Assembly (NCBI GenBank): GCA_013202745.1
Contig: JABMRJ010000062.1
Span: 1 to 41,208, forward strand
Reading direction: 5' to 3'
DNA length: 41,208 bases
Origin: Candidatus Omnitrophota bacterium
GTDB taxonomy: Bacteria; Omnitrophota; Gorgyraeia; JABMRJ01
Shown: positions 25,510 to 32,571 of the stretch, in pieces
Position numbering within the stretch: position 1 is the first letter of the stretch
Layout of the letters: each line of letters opens with the position of its first letter
Program-made: the position numbers and the translations under genes
The notes under the pieces: generated by a model
Databases searched by the model: none
What the model was told of the DNA's origin: nothing
Seen by the model: the letters and a program-made list of their open reading frames with translations, nothing else

Positions 25510-26928
25510 TTATGTCGCAACTCTATTTTTGCCTTCAAGTTTTGCCCTTTTCATAAGAGCGGTGGCCTTTTCAAAGAGATCCTTGGATGAGATCCCGTCT
25601 ATCGGATTCTCGCTTACACTCCCGCTTATGGTAAGCGAGAATTTGCTCTTCTTAGAGACCTTTATTCCAATATCCTCTACTTTTTTTCTTATCTCTTCTG
25701 CAAGCTGTGTCGCCTCCTTCTTGTTCTTCTCCGGAAGGACGACAGCAAATTCGTCGCCGCCTATCCTGGCCACTTTACTCACGGGCGTAACGCTATCTTT
25801 GAGCGTAGCTGCAATTTTCTTCAGCACATCTTCTGTTACCATTTCACCCTGCGTCTGTCTGAACTCTTTAAAATTGTCTATATCAAAAAGCAGTAGTGAG
25901 CATGGCCTCTGGTAGAGCATCGCCCTCTTTATCTCTTCGCCAAGCCTCTCTTTTATATATTTATTATTATAGAGATCCGTAAGCTCATCCTTTATTGCCA
26001 GCTCTTTGGTCTTTCTAACAAGTAGATCGTTTCCAATGGCAATGCCCAACTGCTTGCTCAGTACCTTAATAAGCTCGATGTCATCCTCTCTGAACCTGAA
26101 ATTATCCGTATTGTTTCCTGTAAAGATAAAGCCTATAGAACTGCCGCGCGATATCACGGGCACTACGGCACAGTTTCGCATCTTGAATTTTCTGCAGATA
26201 TCTTCGGATTGCGACGTCAACCGCGCAGAGGTATCGACCTTGATAACCTTCTTATCACCCACATTCCGCCCCAGGAACTCTTTACCAAGATTAAAAGAGA
26301 TCGTCTTTAAATGCTCTTTATCTATATTAGACGACGCCATAAGGTTCAATTTCGGGCTATTATCTCTAATTAAAAAGAGCGCTGTGGAGTTGTCATCATA
26401 GAGGTCATTTACTTTTTCTACTATGATCTCGTAAACACGTTCCAGCTTTTCAGAGACGGCTATCATGTCGCCTATCTGGAGGAGGTTAGATAGCGCCAGG
26501 ACCTTCTTCTGAATCTCAAGATTCACCTCTTTAGTCCTTACGCTATAATCCTGGAGCTCGCTCATATAGCCCTTTATCTTCTGAGTCATGGCGTTTATAG
26601 ATCTGCCAATGTCGCCGACCTCATCCTCTGTCTCTATTGTCACCCTTTTGCCGAAATCGCCGCTTGCGATGATGCGGGTCTCAAGCGCCATATCTATAAT
26701 GGGGTCTACCATCCTCTTGGCGAGAATTAGCCCGAGAAGGGCTATAGATATCGTAAGGATCACGATTATGCTCACCTCCGCAAGGTCATCAAGGGCCGGG
26801 AAGATGAAAGTTGAGACGAGATATACGCACACAAGAAGCGGGATTATAGACATGAGGGCAAAAGATATCATTAGCTTATAACGTAAGCCTTTTGGAACCA
26901 TAGACATACGTCTAAATAATTTTTTCAT
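25510..26928 (-). CDS. Membrane-bound diguanylate cyclase (2 TM - HAMP - GAF-like - GGDEF)
   Basis: 472 aa. Two N-terminal TM segments, a HAMP domain (..DEVGDIGRSINAMTQKIK), a GAF-like middle region and an intact RIGGDEF active site. No RxxD I-site lies 5 residues upstream. AGGAGGG RBS. Confidence 0.88.
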   Translation of the reverse strand: MKKLFRRMSMVPKGLRYKLMISFALMSIIPLLVCVYLVSTFIFPALDDLAEVSIIVILTISIALLGLILAKRMVDPIIDMALETRIIASGDFGKRVTIETEDEVGDIGRSINAMTQKIKGYMSELQDYSVRTKEVNLEIQKKVLALSNLLQIGDMIAVSEKLERVYEIIVEKVNDLYDDNSTALFLIRDNSPKLNLMASSNIDKEHLKTISFNLGKEFLGRNVGDKKVIKVDTSARLTSQSEDICRKFKMRNCAVVPVISRGSSIGFIFTGNNTDNFRFREDDIELIKVLSKQLGIAIGNDLLVRKTKELAIKDELTDLYNNKYIKERLGEEIKRAMLYQRPCSLLLFDIDNFKEFRQTQGEMVTEDVLKKIAATLKDSVTPVSKVARIGGDEFAVVLPEKNKKEATQLAEEIRKKVEDIGIKVSKKSKFSLTISGSVSENPIDGISSKDLFEKATALMKRAKLEGKNRVAT

Positions 26929-26971
26929 AACACCCTCCTGTTATATTATTATTATATTATAATTATCAACA

Positions 26972-27000
26972 AGTATACATTACACTATATATTTTGTCAA
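26972..27000 (-). promoter_or_regulatory. Sigma70-like promoter for the DGC-pilT-pilB operon
   Basis: On the minus strand: TTGACA (27000-26995), a 17-nt spacer, then TATACT (26977-26972). It lies about 45 nt upstream of the DGC ATG. Confidence 0.5.
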
Positions 27001-27073
27001 ACTTAAGAGGCAGGGATTGCACCTTAGCTCAAGCTATATTACAGAACGCGCAATAGGAAAAAGTCTTACGTTA

Positions 27074-27093
27074 CCTGCCTGCCGGCAGGCAGG
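27074..27093. repeat. 20-nt perfect GC-rich palindrome
   Basis: CCTGCCTGCCGGCAGGCAGG is self-complementary over all 20 nt. Confidence 0.9.
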
Positions 27094-27100
27094 CGCTCCC

Positions 27101-27218
27101 CTCAGCTTCTTGTACCGGGTGCAATTTTGTTCGGCAAAGTGTCCCCGAATTGAGCTCCAAGCTGTCCCTGGGGACAGGTTGGTGAGTAAATTTGCACCCG
27201 GTACAAGAAAATACTGAG
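27101..27218. other. 118-nt extended hairpin (candidate structured RNA element)
   Basis: 18-bp perfect stem: TTCTTGTACCGGGTGCAA (27107-27124) pairs with TTGCACCCGGTACAAGAA (27192-27209). A 5-bp outer helix, CTCAG/CTGAG (27101-27105 / 27214-27218), extends it. An inner hairpin is CTGTCCC-TG-GGGACAG (27162-27177). Confidence 0.7.
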
Positions 27219-27301
27219 CGAAGGCTCTATGTGTCTTTGGGGCTGGATAAAGGACTGCGGCACTTTGCCGAAGCGACACAACTTTAGGGGGTAAGAGATT
27301 C

Positions 27302-27340
27302 TTAAAGAGAAAGGGGGACATACTCCCCCTTTCTCTTTAA
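27302..27340. terminator. 17-bp perfect hairpin, terminator-like in both orientations
   Basis: TTAAAGAGAAAGGGGGA (27302-27318), a CATAC loop, then TCCCCCTTTCTCTTTAA (27324-27340). The stem has a GC core and a U/A-rich base. Confidence 0.55.
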
Positions 27341-27357
27341 TATAGATTGGTGTGTTA

Positions 27358-27432
27358 GGGAAATGGCATATTTGTTTGGCATCCGACGGATCTATGTCAA
27401 TGTTAAGGATGGCAAAAAATATGCCATTTTCT
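27358..27432. repeat. 24-26-bp imperfect inverted repeat with a 22-nt spacer
   Basis: AAATGGCATATTTGTTTGGCATCC (27361-27384) pairs with GGATGGCAAAAAATATGCCATTTT (27407-27430), 22 of 24 complementary, plus up to 2 flanking pairs. Confidence 0.85.
27412..27426 (-). promoter_or_regulatory. Sigma54-type -24/-12 promoter element
   Basis: The minus strand reads TGGCATATTTTTTGC. The consensus is TGGCAC-N5-TTGC, with GG and GC separated by exactly 10 nt. It lies within the right arm of the inverted repeat. Dyads at 27476-27498 and 27501-27519 sit about 75-120 nt upstream of the predicted start. Confidence 0.45.
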
Positions 27433-27500
27433 GAGTACATACTAGGAGGGGGTGACAGTGAGCGTCTGGGAGATTCCATGTCGTAGCGAACGTCATGGAG

Positions 27501-27519
27501 GGGGAACCTTAGGTTCCCC
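27501..27519. repeat. 8-bp perfect dyad with a 3-nt centre
   Basis: GGGGAACC-TTA-GGTTCCCC. A second, imperfect dyad, CCATGTCG..CGTCATGG, lies at 27476-27498. Confidence 0.8.
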
Positions 27520-27527
27520 TATGAAAT

Positions 27528-27562
27528 AAAAACGTTCTGACCTATATCAGGAGGACGTTTTT
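27528..27562 (-). terminator. Probable intrinsic terminator of the mre-mrdA-rodA-radical-SAM operon
   Basis: The minus-strand RNA reads AAAAACGUCCUCCUGAUAUAGGUCAGAACGUUUUUAUUU. It forms an imperfect stem spanning the TGA stop (27549-27547) and is followed by a U-run. Confidence 0.4.
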
Positions 27563-29247
27563 ATCTTCTTAGCTTCACTAATGAGGTGGGAGTGTGTAAT
27601 ACCCGGATCGATGTGGTCCCAGGGTAGTTTGGCTTCAAAATCTCTCTTTTCATATATATAAGAGTAAGGGTCTACGCCCTCCTCTTTGAAGGCCTCCATC
27701 CATGCTCCGTAGTTAAAGTGCTCAGACCAGCTGTCGAACCTGCAGCCTTTTTTGAATGCACGCAAGATGACCCTGCCAAGGCGCATGTCCCCGCGGGATA
27801 TTATACCTTCCAGTATGCTCACCTTAGTATTTTGGAATTTTATCTTCACCCTCCTCGCTGTCAGCCTCTCCATTATGTAGTTTAGCCTACTATTGAGCTC
27901 TTCTTCTCTAAACATGCCTTCCCACTGGAATGGTGTATGCGGCTTCGGGATAAATGAAGATATGCTTACATTGATCTGGAGGCGCCTGTCTATATTGAGC
28001 ATGGAATTCACCGCATCAATCATCTCGTCTATATCTTTGTACTCCTCGGTAGGGAGACCTATCATAAAGTAGAGTTTTACTCTCTTCCACCCGAATTTTA
28101 CAGCTGCCTCAATGGCGGGTTTAAGCTCATCTATATCTATGCCTTTATTTATGACAGATCTCAGGCGGCTCGATCCTGCTTCAGGCGCAAGAGTCAGTCC
28201 GCTTATCCTAATATTGCTAAGAAGCTCAGGAAATTCCTTAATGATCTTATCTACCCTTAGCGAAGGAAGGGAGATATTTACACCCTTCTTGTAATATTTT
28301 TTGATAATGGACTGTATAATACTTATGATATGGGAATGGCTCCCTGATGACAGTGAAAGAAGAGAGACTTCTTCGTATCCTGTCTCCTTTAATCCTTCTT
28401 CGCACAGCTCGAGTACCTTCCTTGCTGAACGCTCTCTTTTATGATGATAGAGTGTGCGCGCCTGGCAGAACCTGCACAGATGCGGACACCCCCTCATGAT
28501 CTCCACACTCAGCCTGTCATGGACTATGCCGATATAAGGGACGATCTGCTTTGTGGGATAGAATGAATTCTCGAGATCTGCTATCACCCTTTTTCTTATG
28601 GTAGGCGGGTTTGTATTGCGGTATACCGACGGTACATAGACGCCCTCTATATGCGACAGCTCCTTAAGAAGGTTTTCTTTATTATAATGCCCTCCTTCTT
28701 TAGATGCGATTACCGCATCTATACATTCGAAGAGAACCTCTTCTGCCTCTCCTATTATAAAGAGGTCTATAAAATCGCTGAGCGGTTCCGGATTGAATGA
28801 TGAAGGCCCTCCGGCTATTACAATGGGTTCATTCTCGCCCCTTTCGCTCGACGTAAGCGGTACGCCGGCCATATCCAGGATATTTAATAGATTTGTATAA
28901 TTGAGTTCGTATGCCAGCGAGAATCCGATAATGTCAAAACTCGCGATATCCGCTCTTGACTCAAGCGTAAACAAGGGTATCGCTTCCGCCCTCAGGATCT
29001 TCTCTAGGTCAATATTGACAGAGAAGACTCTTTCGCATGCTATATCCGGCCTATTATTCAGCAGATGGTATATGAGTTTGAAGCCAAGATGGCTCATGCC
29101 GACTTCGTAGAGATCGGGAAAGGCAAGCGCAAACCGCAATCGGGAATTCCGGAGATCCTTCTTTACAACATTCCACTCATTGCCGAGATATCTCCCGGGC
29201 CTCTGTACGCGCGACAGTATCTCTTCAAATTTAGCTTGATTTAACAT
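27547..29247 (-). CDS. B12-binding-domain radical SAM protein (TIGR03960-like)
   Basis: 566 aa. N-terminal B12-like domain, CxxxCxxC cluster motif MRGCPHLCRFCQA, and a long C-terminal extension. Family assignment is from memory of overall architecture. Confidence 0.8.
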   Translation of the reverse strand: MLNQAKFEEILSRVQRPGRYLGNEWNVVKKDLRNSRLRFALAFPDLYEVGMSHLGFKLIYHLLNNRPDIACERVFSVNIDLEKILRAEAIPLFTLESRADIASFDIIGFSLAYELNYTNLLNILDMAGVPLTSSERGENEPIVIAGGPSSFNPEPLSDFIDLFIIGEAEEVLFECIDAVIASKEGGHYNKENLLKELSHIEGVYVPSVYRNTNPPTIRKRVIADLENSFYPTKQIVPYIGIVHDRLSVEIMRGCPHLCRFCQARTLYHHKRERSARKVLELCEEGLKETGYEEVSLLSLSSGSHSHIISIIQSIIKKYYKKGVNISLPSLRVDKIIKEFPELLSNIRISGLTLAPEAGSSRLRSVINKGIDIDELKPAIEAAVKFGWKRVKLYFMIGLPTEEYKDIDEMIDAVNSMLNIDRRLQINVSISSFIPKPHTPFQWEGMFREEELNSRLNYIMERLTARRVKIKFQNTKVSILEGIISRGDMRLGRVILRAFKKGCRFDSWSEHFNYGAWMEAFKEEGVDPYSYIYEKRDFEAKLPWDHIDPGITHSHLISEAKKIKTSS

Positions 29248-29249
29248 GG

Positions 29250-30344
29250 TCAGAATCTCGGACGGCGCATGCCTATGTTTAAGAGAAGGCCGATAGAGAT
29301 CATGGTTGTGATGAGTGAAGAGCCCCCGTAACTCATAAGGGGCAATGGCAGGCCTACTACAGGCATAAACCCTGCGGCCATTCCCAGATTGACGATTATC
29401 TGAAAGGCGAGCATTGCGATTATCCCTACAGCCATGGACCTACCGTAGGTATCGGCTGTAGCGCCGGCTATCTTAAGCCCTCTGTAGAGCAAGACGGAAA
29501 ATAGGCCTATAAGTATGAGGCAGCCTATAAAACCTCCCTCTTCGCCTATCACAGAAAATATAAAATCGGTATGCCTCTCGGGAAGAAAATTAAGCTGGTT
29601 CTGCGTACCGCTCAGCCAGCCCTTGCCCAGGACGAATCCCGAACCTATAGCTATCCTCGACTGGATCATAGTATAGCCGGCACCGAGCGGATCGGCATTG
29701 GGGTTTATAAAGACCGATAACCTCAGTTTCTGATATTCTTTAAGCATGTGCCATATAAAAGGGGTCGATAATAATCCGATAGAGATTATCGTTAGGAGGT
29801 GCCTTATCCTCGCACCCCTTGCAAATAACATAAAAAAGAGGATGGGCATAAGGACGAGCGCGGTTCCTAAATCGGGTTGCAGATAGATAAGAACCAGAGG
29901 CGGCATGGTAATGAGAAACGGCACAAAGAGATCTGTGATTCTATAAGAGAACTTCGCCCTAGTCCCAAGATAAGAGCTCAGGGCAAGTATGTAGGTAATC
30001 TTTATAAATTCGGAAGGCTGGAAGCCGAATCCCCCTATTGAGAACCATCTCTGTGCGCCGAATCTGGCGCGGCCGAAAAAGAGCACCATAACAAGCAAGA
30101 GGCAGTTTAAGCCAAATAATATATATGCCCAATCTATAAAGCGCTGGTAGTCTATATTGAGTATTAGAAAAAGAATTACGAGTCCCGCACACATCCAGAG
30201 AATCTGTTTCAATACCAGGCCGCCCAAAAGACCGGAGCCCTCAGTATGTGTTGCGCTATATATAGAGGAAAGCCCTATAGCAAATATTACGAGTGTAACT
30301 ATGAATAGTACCCTGTCAAAATCCCTATGTAACTTTGCCTTCAT
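29250..30344 (-). CDS. rodA: Peptidoglycan glycosyltransferase RodA (SEDS family)
   Basis: 364 aa and about 10 TM segments. FtsW/RodA/SpoVE motifs (QPSEF.K, PERHTDFIF, PLPLMSYGGSS). It lies immediately downstream of mrdA. Confidence 0.9.
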   Translation of the reverse strand: MKAKLHRDFDRVLFIVTLVIFAIGLSSIYSATHTEGSGLLGGLVLKQILWMCAGLVILFLILNIDYQRFIDWAYILFGLNCLLLVMVLFFGRARFGAQRWFSIGGFGFQPSEFIKITYILALSSYLGTRAKFSYRITDLFVPFLITMPPLVLIYLQPDLGTALVLMPILFFMLFARGARIRHLLTIISIGLLSTPFIWHMLKEYQKLRLSVFINPNADPLGAGYTMIQSRIAIGSGFVLGKGWLSGTQNQLNFLPERHTDFIFSVIGEEGGFIGCLILIGLFSVLLYRGLKIAGATADTYGRSMAVGIIAMLAFQIIVNLGMAAGFMPVVGLPLPLMSYGGSSLITTMISIGLLLNIGMRRPRF

Positions 30345-30346
30345 AT

Positions 30347-32065
30347 TTAGAAATAATTTAACTCCTTAAGTTTTCCGAAAATATCACCTGCGGTCTTGCT
30401 GGCTGCGAGGCCGCCTTTCCCGCCATACTCAAGGAATATGACTACCGCCGCCTTGGGATCGTCTGCCGGGGCAAACCCAGTAAACCACGCATGTGTCTTG
30501 TCGGTAGAGGTCTGTGCTGTCCCGGTCTTACCCGCCACCTTGAGCCCGCTGACAACAGCATTGCGACCTGTGCCATTAGAGTCATTGACCACTTTTACAA
30601 GACCCTCTTTAATTATCTCTATCGTCTCTTTGCTAATATTAACCGGCCTCTTTTCTATCTGGGAGATATCGACATCCTCTATCCTCTTGACTAAGTAGGG
30701 TTTTACCAGATAGCCGCCGTTTGCAATGGCAGATATTGCCCTGACTATCTGTAAGGGTGTTACCAGAAGATACCCCTGGCCTATAGAATAGTTGAGCGTC
30801 TCCCCCTTATACCATGACTCCCTCTTTTTTAGCGCCTTCCACATCTTATTCGGTACGAGTCCGCTCGCCTCATTGGACAGGTCGATACCTGTAGGCCTGC
30901 CGAATCCAAACCGCGAGGAGTAGTTGGCTAAGTTCTCGACGCCGGCCATGCTCCCTGCCTGATAAAAATAGACATTGCAGGAGTTTTTGATGGCATCACG
31001 CATACTCTGTTCACCGTGGCCCTTCTTTTTCCAGCATCTGAATACCTTATTCCCGAGGGCATAACTGCCATTGCATGTCAAAGTAGTACGTGCTGTTACC
31101 CCGCCCCTCTCAAGCGCTGCAGCTGCGGTCACGACCTTAAATACAGATCCCGGAGGATAAGTACAATGGGCCGCCCTATTGAGCATAGGATAGTCTTTCC
31201 TTACGAATAGGCTGCTTATTTTGCCGGACCCTGCATCCTCGATAAAGAGGTTCGGGTCGAAGGATGGGGTACTTACCAGGCTTAAGATACGGCCGTTTCT
31301 CGGATCCATAACACATACAGCACCGCGCGCGCCCTTGAAGATTTCCTCTATAAAACTCTGGAGCCTTATATCTATAGTAAGGTAGAGATCTTTACCCTTT
31401 ACAGGCTCCCTTATACCGAGAAAACCTACCTGGTATCCCATGTTATTCACTTCTATCTGCATGCCGCCGCGGGTGCCTTTTAAGTAATTGTTGTAATGCT
31501 TCTCTATACCTGATTTGCCGATAAGGTCGTTCATGCGATAACCGTAATCCTTAAGGCGTGTAAGCTCACCCCGGTTTATCTGCCCTAAATAACCAAAGAT
31601 ATGTGAACCGGCATCCTTGTAAATATAATGCCTGCGCGGGGACGTCTCTATAAAGACGCCTGGCAGGTCCAGCCTCTCTTCCTCAAGTATTATCGCCTTT
31701 TTCTTGCCTATATCGGAGAGGATCTTTACAGGCTGAAACGGTGTGACAAAATTTCTTTTAAGGGATTTTCTTAGATCTTCCTGGGAAACATCAAGAATAC
31801 CACTGAGATCTTTTAGAATCTCATCCTTATGTTTTAACTCCTGCGGTATGATGGCGACATCGAATGATATCCTATTGTCCACCAGGAGTTCGCCATTGGT
31901 GTCAAATATTCTTCCGCGGGGGCTCTCTATGGACAGGAGCCTTATGCGGTTCTGCGTGGAGAGTTTCTGATATAAGGTACCCCTTACGATCTGTATATAG
32001 AAGAGTCCTATTATAATAAATAAAAAGGAGACAAATATGATTATCCCTAATGTCTTTATCCTCAT
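30347..32065 (-). CDS. mrdA: Penicillin-binding protein 2 (elongasome transpeptidase)
   Basis: 572 aa. N-terminal TM segment, and SxxK (PGSVFK), SxN (NSCN) and KTG (GKTGTAQ) motifs. It sits between mreD and rodA. Confidence 0.9.
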   Translation of the reverse strand: MRIKTLGIIIFVSFLFIIIGLFYIQIVRGTLYQKLSTQNRIRLLSIESPRGRIFDTNGELLVDNRISFDVAIIPQELKHKDEILKDLSGILDVSQEDLRKSLKRNFVTPFQPVKILSDIGKKKAIILEEERLDLPGVFIETSPRRHYIYKDAGSHIFGYLGQINRGELTRLKDYGYRMNDLIGKSGIEKHYNNYLKGTRGGMQIEVNNMGYQVGFLGIREPVKGKDLYLTIDIRLQSFIEEIFKGARGAVCVMDPRNGRILSLVSTPSFDPNLFIEDAGSGKISSLFVRKDYPMLNRAAHCTYPPGSVFKVVTAAAALERGGVTARTTLTCNGSYALGNKVFRCWKKKGHGEQSMRDAIKNSCNVYFYQAGSMAGVENLANYSSRFGFGRPTGIDLSNEASGLVPNKMWKALKKRESWYKGETLNYSIGQGYLLVTPLQIVRAISAIANGGYLVKPYLVKRIEDVDISQIEKRPVNISKETIEIIKEGLVKVVNDSNGTGRNAVVSGLKVAGKTGTAQTSTDKTHAWFTGFAPADDPKAAVVIFLEYGGKGGLAASKTAGDIFGKLKELNYF

Positions 32066-32067
32066 AG

Positions 32068-32571
32068 CTAAAATTTAGGCTCTCTTATCTTTAAGATCTT
32101 GTTCAAACAAAAGAATGCAGGCGGCGCCAGGATAGAGGTATATGATGCGGCAAGTAAGAGCGTAAGAAGTGATACATGCCACGATGGTATTCCGACAGGC
32201 TCGGCACCTCTCATCACAACCTTAAAAAAAATGCTGAGTGAGCCGGTAGTGAGTGACAGAGATAATGTAAGGAGTATCTGCGCCAAAAAACTCTCTTTAT
32301 ATATCTTGTTTTTAAGGTAAGTCGCCAGGAGTGCGGATAAGCCGAATACTGCCATACTCAAACCTACGGAACCCGTAGTCAATATACCGCGCAATAGCCC
32401 TCCAAAGAGTCCTGCCTCAAGAGAATCTCTCCAATCTGAATGGAGGCTTATGAATATTATGATAATAAGCACAAAATCGAGCTTCGCGGTCCCGATGCCC
32501 AATAGTGCGCTCTCTACTAAAACACCGGCTGCTATCAAGGCGTATGCGCGCGCCTTTCCTATTCTATACAT
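32068..32571 (-). CDS. mreD: Rod shape-determining protein MreD
   Basis: 167-aa polytopic membrane protein in the canonical slot after mreC. Confidence 0.78.
   Translation of the reverse strand: MYRIGKARAYALIAAGVLVESALLGIGTAKLDFVLIIIIFISLHSDWRDSLEAGLFGGLLRGILTTGSVGLSMAVFGLSALLATYLKNKIYKESFLAQILLTLSLSLTTGSLSIFFKVVMRGAEPVGIPSWHVSLLTLLLAASYTSILAPPAFFCLNKILKIREPKF

Noticed and set aside
19466-26401. Long plus-strand ORFs (for example 19466-20062, 20795-21295, 24641-25228, 25415-25915, 26006-26401)
   Set aside because: All lie antisense to well-supported pilC, pilB, pilT and DGC genes. Their peptides are Ser/Leu/Ile-rich, as expected for the reverse frames of AT-leaning coding DNA.
27034-27479. 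Two minus-strand ORFs (95 and 125 aa) inside the 618-bp island
   Set aside because: They have no RBS, and their composition is Pro/Ser/Gly-rich and unlike proteins. They run straight through long perfect palindromes and overlap each other in different frames. The region reads better as structured RNA or DNA.
26929-27546. Assignment of the island to a known RNA family (RNase P, tmRNA, SRP/4.5S, 6S, c-di-GMP-I/II riboswitch, TPP riboswitch)
   Set aside because: I looked for GGAAAGUCC-type P4, tRNA-like T-arm and CCA ends, the SRP GGAA domain, GEMM GCAAA/GACGCAAAGCC cores and the TPP CUGAGA..ACCUGAUCUGGAUAAUGCC core. I found only weak partial resemblances such as CTGGATAA and GGCAAAG, so no call is justified without a covariance-model search.
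14228-27546. The pilus/DGC block as a recent mobile genomic island
   Set aside because: I found no integrase, transposase, tRNA attachment site or flanking direct repeats by eye. One junction is only 7 nt and appears operon-integrated. I therefore keep only the weaker claim of an old insertion that splits a conserved gene pair.
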